Below are positions 53,891 to 64,000 of a DNA stretch of 64,000 bases, one piece after another. The notes under the pieces are model-generated. The model did not search any database and was not told the origin of the DNA. It saw only the letters and a program-made list of their open reading frames with translations. The translations under genes and the position numbers were made by a program. The DNA comes from Paraspadella gotoi (lineage: Eukaryota; Animalia; Chaetognatha). The stretch covers positions 6,609,238-6,673,237 of the forward strand of contig CM119264.1 in assembly GCA_051294375.1 (NCBI GenBank), read 5' to 3'. Numbering within the stretch: the first letter of the stretch is position 1; each line of letters begins with the position of its first letter.

Positions 53891-54788
53891 ATTAAATAAT
53901 TTATTTTTTTTCAATTAATTAATCAATTAATTACCGCTAATGATCGTGGGCAGATCCGGCATTGTTTGCTCAAACTTTTTTATTAATAATTTTGATTTAT
54001 TTATTTTATATATTTTTTTATTTGCTTTTTGTTCAGTGCAAGAGGGGAAAAAAAAAGAAGATAGAGAGAGAGTGTGTGTTAGAGATTTAAGTATGTATAA
54101 GCATAATATTATGCAATATTGCCAATAAAACAGATCAATCCTTTTGGTTTAAACTTGTTTGTAACATGAAAAATTTTATGGATTTAAAAAAAAGAGACTT
54201 AAATTTAAAAAAAAATAATAAAAATATAAAGAAATAAAATTTTTAGTTTTATAGAATTAAAAAAGTTTAATTTAAATTTTAATTTAAGTAATTACAGTTT
54301 TTTTCAGATAGAAAAAATCTTTTTTTAGCTCAGATTTTATTTGAATATATTAAAAAAAATAATTAAAAAAAATAATATGTAATTTTTTCCATAGATTCTC
54401 GACCAAAGAGGAAAGAGAAATAAAAGAGAACAAAAAATAAAAGAAGAGAATAAAAAAAAGTGAATAAAAAATTAGGAGCAAACAATCTTAAATGTTGAAA
54501 ATAAATATTGAAAACAAATTTTTAAAAGAAAAATCAAGAAAGAGCAGGGGTTGCAAAGATTTTAATACATTAAATACCTTTCATTTCTAACCAATAAAAA
54601 CAAATGACCAGGAAGCGAACACGCAGGGTTATTATAGCTTCCGGGTTCAATCCTTTATTCTCAATTTTTTTCTATCGCTCCGGTTTCGGGTTCTTCAAAA
54701 ATCGGCCGCTTCCACAGTGTTTCGGTTTCGCTTTCCGGATCGCGTTCACATCTCTGGTTTTTATCTTTTACACTTCCCCTTCTTTTGA

Positions 54789-54925
54789 AATTAGATGAAT
54801 CTTACTTCTTAATCTTATCTTTAGTTTTAATACTTTTCCTTTCCCTTCCTTTCTAATTAGATGAATCTTACTTCTTGTCATTTTTTTATCTTTAGTTTTA
54901 ATACTTTTCCTTTCTCTTCCTTCCT
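54789..54925. repeat. Local tandem duplication, ~66 bp unit
   Basis: aattagatgaatcttacttctt...ttatctttagttttaatacttttcctttc occurs twice. Confidence 0.8.
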
Positions 54926-56807
54926 TTATCTTCAACGCCTTTTACTTTTTCTCTTTTTCCCTTTTTCTCTCCCTTTGAGCTAAATTCCTCTTGGATTCTG
55001 TTATGATTTTTTTTCATTATCTTTTATCCCCGGGTTCGTTCCGCTAATACGGATTTCCATCTCTCGTTCATGCACAGTTGATTTTTTCAAGGCCTTTTTA
55101 AATACATAATTACATATTGGATTCAATTTACTGTGGTCAATAAACTTTTAACGAACGGTTGTTTAAAATAATTAAAATTGAAATCTTAACATGTGTCAAA
55201 TGAAATACAATCGATAAGATGTGATAAAGTACTATACAAAATACATAAAAGTTACCAATTTTAAATAAATTGATGAGCCTATGTAGAAAAAAACAATTTT
55301 CAGACACGCCACTCATCAAAAATTTTGAAACCTTTTTCGTTTCAGTTTTGGTAAAATCGTGGAAAATGAAGTTTTTTTTTCTCATTTTTTTTTTCACAAC
55401 CAAAGTTGACGAGAGAGAATTCAGCCCTTCCCGCTCAGTGAAGAGAGAAATGAAATTAAGGCGGGCGCGGCGCGGGAGAAAAAAAAAATAAAACCAAAAT
55501 AGGAAAGGCGCGATGTACAAAATAAAAGAAAAAATAAAAGAAAAATAAACCCGGCAAAATATGAAACGAAGCCGGCGACAAACTCGAAAAAGAAGATGAG
55601 AGAATAAATGAATAAAGATAAACAATTTTTTTTTCTCATCGCAAAAAAAAAAAAATCTCCTCCGATGGTTTGTTTACTTTTCTTCGCGCTGAAAAAAAAA
55701 TATTCGATGAATAAATGAATAATTAAAAAAAAAGAAGATTAACAATCGGATGTTGGTGTTGAGAAACCGTTTGATCTTAGATGAGTGCGATCCTAAATTA
55801 CTCGCGGAAGAAAATTTAACGACGAAAACGACGACAAAGTCGATGACAACGTCGACGCTGCCAGATCCGACGATCACGACGTATTTAACTCTTACGATGA
55901 CGATGATGACAACGACGCCGACGCAGCACTAACGTAACTGTCGACACAGCACCAACAAAGACTCCGATGAAGCGCAAACATGCCCGCCGGTCAAGCATCA
56001 ACATTTCTATCAACGCACCGCCGCAGCCCCTACATCCGCGCCTAAATAGCGGCCACCCTAGCTCCAATGTCCCTACCGATGCAGCACCAACGTCCCATTA
56101 AAGGGAGCTCCTGCATCCCCAACGTCCAAGCCGACGGGGCCCCGCCGACGCGGCACCACCGACCCCGCCAATTCCGCGTCGGCGTCGACGAAGCGTAAAA
56201 ACCCCGCGGTTCCTTTTGATGCTGGACGTCGGTCAGAGACTAAGGGGATTTGAACGAAAAGAGGGAGAGATGGAGGGAGGGAAGGGGTGAGGGAGAAGAG
56301 GAGGGGGAGGAAGAGAAGTGAAAGAGTAGAAAGATGAAAGGAATCAGAGGGAAAGATGATAGTGAGGAAAGGGAGAAGGGAAGATAAAGGGAGAGATCTA
56401 TGCGGATGAGGGAAGGTAGGAAAGAATTGGGATAAAAATAGGAAAATAATGGAAGAGGGAGAATGAAAAGAGAGATGGAAGGAAGAGGAGGAAAGGACAG
56501 AGAAAGAAGGGGAAAGAGAGGAAAGATGGAGAGAAGGAAAATTGGGGGGAAAAAAGGAAGCTAAAGGTCTTGAGAAAAATGAAGATGGGAGAAAGGAACA
56601 AAGAATAAGGAAGTAATGATAAAACATTAAAAAGAAATGAAAAAAAAAGCGAGGGAGCGTGCTAAGAGTGCGAGGAGAGAAATGAGAAAAGGGACGAAGA
56701 ACAGAGGAGTGAATCGGCAATTTTGATTCGGCAAGAGACGCGAAGTGGAAACCGAAACGGGAGTCCTCGCGAAAGTGGATCAATTGTCTCGGACGCGACT
56801 CGAATCC

Positions 56808-56838
<31 letters not shown>

Positions 56839-58152
56839 TGCCGCCTTGCAGACTCTAGAGGGCGTCGGCGACGCGGGGAATGAGGTTGGCAACGTTGGAG
56901 GGCGTTCATTGAACGAGCAGTCGGGCATGACGCTCCTTCGAGAGTCGGGCAGCCCGCGGCGGAACCTCCGTCAAAGCGGGTGACCGGCATTGGCCGCTCG
57001 CAAATCTCGGAGTGGACGCATTCAAGAGAGCCAACGTCGGGAAAGGCGTTTGGGAATTTGAAGTTCAAAAACGAGGAATTCGGGCATCCGGCGATTGGGG
57101 TCTGTCGTGAATTTGAACGTCGGGACGGATGACGCCGGAATCGAACCGTGTTTTGCAAGCTGCTTGATTCATCCTGCGGAATTGTGCAGCGAATAAAGTA
57201 AGCCAATTATATTTTACGTAAATATTTTTTTAAAGAAATAACATATTACACATTATTATAAACCACGATATGTTATTCGATAAGCAACAGTAGTGACTCA
57301 ATGCTGATAAGTCGCCAGAATGCAATGAGGGGGGGCTGATCTTACGGGATTAGCGACCCTAGATGTTGGCTCAAAGGAATTAAAAAGAAAGGGGGGGGCG
57401 TTGCTGCTAAAAGTCGCGTCCTGGCCAAAGATGGAATCTCGTGGGAGCGAGTAAGTAAGACTAGGGAATGGAATTCAAATCCTAGGGATTCAAAGTCTAT
57501 GGAACTAATTCTAAAGTGGGTCAGAATTGATTTGGACTCAATTGCTGAGGGATCTCTGGTACCAATGAATCCTACACCAGCTAATGTGACTCAGGCATGT
57601 AATGTACGGACTAGATGGATCAGACGGATTACTTTACATTACCTAGAACAAATTACACAGCAAGTCATGATTGGCAAAACAACTTGAACCAATGGCCTCG
57701 CGACGTATGTCTGGCGCCCTCTAAATAGAAATTCTTCCATGCATTAAATTAACGGCAGTGGCGACGGTCGAGCTGGTGGAGGATTATACAACGTACATAC
57801 AATATACATGATGCATCCTTGTGGTTTATAGATTCTAGTCGAAAGAGAGAAAAAAAACCAAAGGTGAAGATGAAAATGACGACGACGGGGATATATTCGA
57901 CGACGACGACGACGACGACAACGACGAGGGGGCGTGGCTTTCCGCAAATATGATAATCGAAGTCTTCGTCGCCAAAACATTTTATTCGCTCGATGTTTAT
58001 CTCCCGACTCGGTGGGTGGTTACGAGGGGGAGTAGGCAGGGGTGAGTAAGGGAAACGGTTGTGGGGGAGGGAGGGCTGATTGTGAAAGGAGGTTGTGGGC
58101 GAAGTGGGAAGCTTTCGGGCTTTTGTCGGGGGAAAAGTACTCAGGGAGAAAC

Positions 58153-58214
58153 AGTTGAGGGGACTCAATGGAGCTCTCTAAATAGTTGAGGGGACTCAAT
58201 GGAGCTCTCTAAAT
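58153..58214. repeat. Perfect 31 bp tandem duplication
   Basis: agttgaggggactcaatggagctctctaaat x2. Confidence 0.9.
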
Positions 58215-59388
58215 ATTCGGTTAGAGTCACAAAAGCATCCAAAGCGAAGATATTTTTTTTATCTGAGAAAGAAACTAAGGAAAGAAAAGTAAAAAAAAAA
58301 GTAAAAGAGAGAGAATTAAATCATCGAGAAAGGAAAAAAGAAAATTAAAGAATAGGCTCAATAACTTAAGTAAAAAGCGAGAAAATAGAAAAAAAAATCT
58401 CCACAGTTTAAAAGTTATTTAAAAGGTTTTTTTTTTTTAATTTGACACTTTTTCCGATAACTAATTTTCTCGAGTTGAGTTCATTGCCTCTAAAGGTGCC
58501 TCTAACTTAAGCTGGCTAGATTTATGGGGTTTTTTTAGCGAAATATATTTTATAACATTAAATTTACAGAATGCTTTTCTTTGTAACAAATACGGTTTAT
58601 TCATAATAACCACGTCTCTTGCTTCCTATTAAACTATTAATATTTCAAAATAATATTTCAAAAATATTTTGAAAATATATATTTTGCTTGTGGAAAGAAA
58701 TCTTAAGATTAAAATAATTCCGTTATAATTATCTTTCTTCTCACTCTCTTCAAAGTGCTAATATTTTTGTACTTTTTTCTCAGCGACTTCCGACTGGCGT
58801 TGACTGACGTCGCGTGGCGCTGCCTGCCGTGGGTGACGCAATTTAACGGCGAAAGTCGATAACAAGATTCTTTGGCAAAGTCGGTCGTCGTCGTCGAAGT
58901 CGATTAAATGGAACAGAGAGAATCGACGGAACTTGTTGTTGTTGTAGTTGTTGTTGTTGGAACCAAAGGGGGGCGGGTTCCACCTGGGAAGGAATATGAA
59001 AACGACAGGCGGCGCCCAGCAGCGAAGTCGGAATGAACGTCAGTGGCCGCGGAAGCGTCTGCTGTAGCTATTACTGGTATATTCATTGTCAGCAACATAA
59101 CTAGATGTATCAGCTTATCAGCAATATCGTTATCAACAATGAAGTCAGCGTCAGTCAGCGTCAGTGTCGGCAACTGAATCAGATTCGGCAGTGATGACAA
59201 AGTCGCCGACGCAAAAACCTGGAGCCTCGAAAGGTTGTTGTCGTTATTCGCTTCGCGAATTCTGTTTTCGCGTCGATTTCTAAGAAATCATTTCCATTAA
59301 ATCTGGAACCGGAAATCGTTGAACGTTTTTAGGCCTCAAAAACGGAATTTTCCGGATGAAGGTGTCGGTCGGGTTTGGAAGAAAGTTG

Positions 59389-59472
<84 letters not shown>

Positions 59473-60581
59473 TGTGCAAAAATACTGACAGACTAACGGA
59501 AAAAGAAATGGAGACTAGGAATGAGATACACGCATTTCAAACAATATTACAAGAACACAGAAAAGGGGAAAGAGCTGGGGGATGGAAGGGAGAAGCAGGA
59601 GAAGGAAGAGAAGGAGGAGAAGGAGGAGGAGGAGGAGAAAAAAAGAGAGTAGAGCGAAACGGTTTGTGAATGTAAAATCCGCGAAGGCATAAAAGCAGAA
59701 GAGATTCTCGAATGAAAAATCGAAACGATGCTGGTTGGTGGATCGAGCTTTTTCGCTGTAAACGGATGAAAAGAAGGTTGTTGTTGTTGTGGTTTTGTTG
59801 TTGTTGTTGTTGTTGTTTTTTTCTTTTCAAACAATAATTATCAAATGCAGAAAGATAGTCTAAGAAACTTGTTTAAATAAAACTCTAAAGATTATAAATT
59901 AAAAATTAAAACATAAGTGAGCCTTTATTACTTTTCACTCGCTAAATTATTGATTTGTAACTAAAGTCTCCTGCCGCTCCGTACGTCTGACAGCTAGTCT
60001 GTCTGTCCGGAAATGAAAAGAAAGACTGTCGTCCAGGGAGACAAGAAACTTTGAGGAGAAAAAGTTTACGACCAAAATTTTTGTTTTCTTTTTATGATTT
60101 GAAGCGGAAACAAAAAAATCCCGGATTTCGTTTTCCTCCGTCGATTTTGTTTATCGAAATAAAACGACGCATCGATCGTGGTGCGTCTTGGTGACGTCGT
60201 CATGACGACAGCATCCAACGGTTAGACACTCTTTGACAGGTGCATTTGAAATAGTATTACCATGTGTGTTACTTTTTAAGATTTATCGCTTAATGGTTAC
60301 CGATGAAAAGCGCGATGTGATGTCAACGAAAATTTTTCGGTAGAGAAAACACAACGGCTTTTTTTATTCCTCTTTAGCAACAAATATGACGACGAAAAAC
60401 AACTCTTATGAATTTCCAATGTTTTTTCGATAAAGTTTAAAATTTTATAGTAGATTTAACATAAGGTAAACAAAACTAAAAAGAGAAAATAAAGTCTTGG
60501 CTTGAATGAAAAAAGGAGGTAAGCGAGAATTTTCACTAAATGGGGATTTAATGATTGTATTCGTCCTTTTCTTGAGCTCTG

Positions 60582-60699
<118 letters not shown>

Positions 60700-60996
60700 A
60701 AAATTTCCCTCTTGAAATCGATTATCTTTCTTTCTCGCGACATAAAACGGAAATGATAAATAATTCTCAAATGATATAAAATATTTTTCGCTTCGGAATT
60801 TTGTGCCAAAAAACCATTACAGGCGCAGCTCGAAGCCGCCTGGTTCGACCGACGCCCGCGGCAGGCGGTCGCGCCCCTTTCTCGGAGGAACCCTCGAGCC
60901 GCGCCACCTCGGGCCGATTCGCCCACCATAGACGAGGCCTTATTTTCCCATAACGCCCCATTCCATCTTAAATTTGGAATTAAGTCAACTTTTTGA

Positions 60997-61165
60997 GTTA
61001 GAGGTCAGAGTTAAGAATTAGATTAAGGTATAAGTTAGTGATAAGGGTTTAAGGGCAGGGGTTGGGGTTGGAAATTAGGATATAAGGGATTAGGTTTATG
61101 TTTTAGTATTAGGTTAGGATTTGGGGGTTAAGGTTGGGAATAAAGGTTAGCGGTTAGGTTATAAG
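60997..61165 (+). repeat. Degenerate (TTAGGG/TTAGG)-like tract
   Basis: Six-base periodic ttagg/ttaagg/ttgggg words with strong G/T skew. Confidence 0.55.
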
Positions 61166-61454
61166 TTCGAAACATGTTTAACAAAATAAGCCTTAAAGAT
61201 CTCTTCTAGAGTGGGCCGCATTCTCTTCTTAACTTTTTCACAGATTGAACGAATAACTTAGACTGTGGCGAATGCTCTGCGCTCATTGCTTAATAACGAG
61301 CTAATAGATGTTCAATTTCCTTAGATGATGATGGTGGCGCTATATTAACCACTCTGCCAAATTTTTTTCTCCCACCGCCCCCACATCCGGGATTTTCCTC
61401 CGAAACAAAGCGGGCCGTTGATGGAAAAAGAAAAACGCCGGCAGACGAACCCGG

Positions 61455-61494
<40 letters not shown>

Positions 61495-62214
61495 ATTAGC
61501 GCTTCTAACTAGGAACTCGGTCAAACGAGGAAACAAACGAGGGAACGAGAGAAGAAAAACGAAGATGGGACGAAAGGAAATGAACGGAAGCCTTTTTTAA
61601 TGTTTTGGCGCCAGCAACGAATTTAGAAGACGCCCGAGGGGGGGACTGAAGGGGGGGGTGAGAGAGAAAGAGGCGCTTTCTGTCGAAAAGAAGAACGAGG
61701 GGTGAAGAATTCGAAGATGGAGCCGGGGGTTGACTCGAAAAAGATTGCTGATTGAAAAGATGTACCCGACTGCATGTCAAGAGGATTGGGGGGGGTTGAG
61801 GGATGGTGGACGAAGTGGCGATCGTCGATCGAGGCGAAATTCTGGAATGGCTTCATTTGAAGATAAGAATTTTAGATATTGATACATCGAAGAAAGTCGC
61901 GTCCATGGATTTTGAAGTCAGCGATGACAAAAATAAACAGACACTGTGGTGAATGTGATAGTAAAAGAGGGGGAGAAAAATGCTTTGGAAACGAGGAAGA
62001 AATGGTGCGGAATCTGCGGCGATTAACTTTGCACAATGACAAAGATAAGACGGAGTAGTGGTAGGCGGAGTGGCGGCTGTGAAAGTGGAACTATGGAAAA
62101 CGGAGTGAAAGACTCACAGTGGGAGAAGGAGGAGTGAGGCCCCTTCGAGCGAGACGCAATGGTGGGCGATAATTTATCGCATGATTCGCTCCGACGAGAT
62201 TCTCTTCGAACTTC

Positions 62215-62465
62215 CCACTGTCTCGACTCTCAAACATCTTGACTCGCTAGTTTCGCAGTCTCGAATCTCACGACGTGGGGACTCGATGTGTCTACTATCA
62301 ACGTCTGATTGACACAATTCTCAATGTCAAGGCTCTGAGTCTCAGTCTCGACTCTCAATATCGCGACTTACGACTCATAGTCTCAACTCTCAACGCCGCG
62401 ACTCGCGATTCTCATTGTCTCGACTCTCAACTCAACTCAAGAGTCTATTATTAACTCGAAACTCG
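62215..62465. repeat. Degenerate ~7-mer repeat (CTCGACT/CTCAACT)
   Basis: tctcgactctcaa occurs three times, with many variants in between. Confidence 0.6.
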
Positions 62466-62689
62466 TTTTTCAACTTTTAATTATTTCCCGGTGGAGATGA
62501 TTCAATATTCATGCGTTCTGGGTGGGCAGGTTGTGAATTTAGAGCGGTCGTCTTGTGGAATGAATGATCGATCGATTGTTTGATTCAATGATTCATCGAT
62601 TCTTATGATCATTTTTGATTATTTTTCCGTTCCAATAATTATTGACTTATTTGTTTATTTATTTTTTGTTTTATTTATGTATTGGTTTT

Positions 62690-62728
<39 letters not shown>

Positions 62729-62729
62729 C

Positions 62730-62760
<31 letters not shown>

Positions 62761-63244
62761 TATTATATATTAATTTTATTTTATATATATTTTAATTTAT
62801 GTTAAATTTTAATAGTATTTTTATGTAATTAGTTATTTATTTATTTATTGCAAAACGTCACCCTTCGGCGATTTCAGACGATGGGTTTTACAAACACACT
62901 CCACACTCCATTACTCCATTTACTCTTTACTCTCTCTCTCTCTCGTCTCCTCTCTCTTCTCTCTCTCTCTCTCTCTCTCTCCCTCTCTCTCTCTCTTTTT
63001 TCCCTTCCCTCCCATCCAGGCAACAGATCTTTGGACGAAAAGAAAAAAAGAATGAGAAAAGTGACCGCAAAAGGAGTCATGCTGGGTAGTGGGCCTTTGT
63101 AGTGCGAATAATCGAACTATTTTCAGTTTAAAGATTAAATTTCATTTTGTTAAATGCTCCATGGAAAACAACACTTCGTTCAATGATACGGACGAGGATT
63201 TGACACTTGAACGCTTCTACTGGTCAGTCACCGTTGGTCAACCA

Positions 63245-63347
<103 letters not shown>

Positions 63348-64000
63348 GGATGGGTGAGGTTCTTGAAACAATTTCTGTACACAGACAAGAAGAAGAATGA
63401 TGAGTGTTTTTCCCCACGAAGCGGGTCAACACTGATGATTCTCCAGGGATACAACAACTCGTGTTGTGGAAATCTTCCTCTCCGACTTAATGACCGAATT
63501 GATCCCCAGTTGTTTTATGTCTATTTTTTTTTTTAATTAGTTCCTGATTAATTAATCCCGCAAAAGAGAGAAGATCGCATCTTTTAATCCATCAATCAGC
63601 GCTCAATTCATTTTACTTTCCTCCATCTTTTCATTCAGGCTTCACCTGCTCAACACCTTTTGTTCTTAACAATCTTTTTACGAATTAAATCCTCTTTTTC
63701 GATTATTCGTTCATCCCTTAATTAAACCCTCATGCAACCTTCACCTCCGTACTTTTTAAACTGTTTAACTTTATTTAATTTTTTCCCCAGAGTCAATCGC
63801 TGAGACTTTTCTCTGAACCACTGTAGTATCAGAAACTGTCTACGTCCTTCAACCACCACATTCATCTCTAACGCCATCTCTACCTGGATCTGTCCTCCGT
63901 CTATCACCAAAACCATCTCTTCCCCACCTCTCGCCTCCCTCTCCATCCCTTTCCATCGTCAACCCACCTCATCGTCTCACCGCTCCATTCTCTCCACCAT

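Noticed and set aside
55750-56250. Thr-rich mucin-like reading frame
   Set aside because: Derived from (ACG)n-type repeats, interrupted by stops, with no supportable splice structure.
56073-57206. 377-aa minus-strand ORF
   Set aside because: Open because of purine-rich and (GCC)n low-complexity tracts; no recognisable domain.
57712-57720. TGGCGCCC, resembling an LTR primer-binding site
   Set aside because: No adjacent LTR ending in CA and no gag/pol sequence.
60997-61165. True telomere or chromosome fusion site
   Set aside because: Too degenerate, and there is no head-to-head array.

Overview
Eukaryotic (probably invertebrate animal) non-coding, repeat-rich DNA from a gappy draft assembly: (AG)n/(CGA)n microsatellites, 16 N-gaps, and no host gene I can support. 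Nearly all ORF-track entries are microsatellite or N artefacts. The main signal is a ~330 bp repeat family (four copies at 30.7-32.4 kb, one diverged copy at 52.9-53.2 kb). Each copy carries a minimal type I hammerhead ribozyme (CUGAUGA-A-helix II-GAAAC-AU-GUC), and helix II shows a compensatory change between copies. The copies form an inverted pair, as Penelope-like element (PLE) pseudo-LTRs do, and a PLE reverse-transcriptase 'DKG' fragment lies 4 kb upstream. Also present: three divergent relics of an unclassified element sharing a stop codon and 3' tail (two also share a C-terminal peptide), a tRNA-derived SINE, three MITE-like elements, an inverted dispersed repeat and a 50-bp minisatellite. 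Two kb-scale tandem duplications and the 2.3 kb outer palindrome look like long-read assembly artefacts. All alignments were made by eye; no searches were run.
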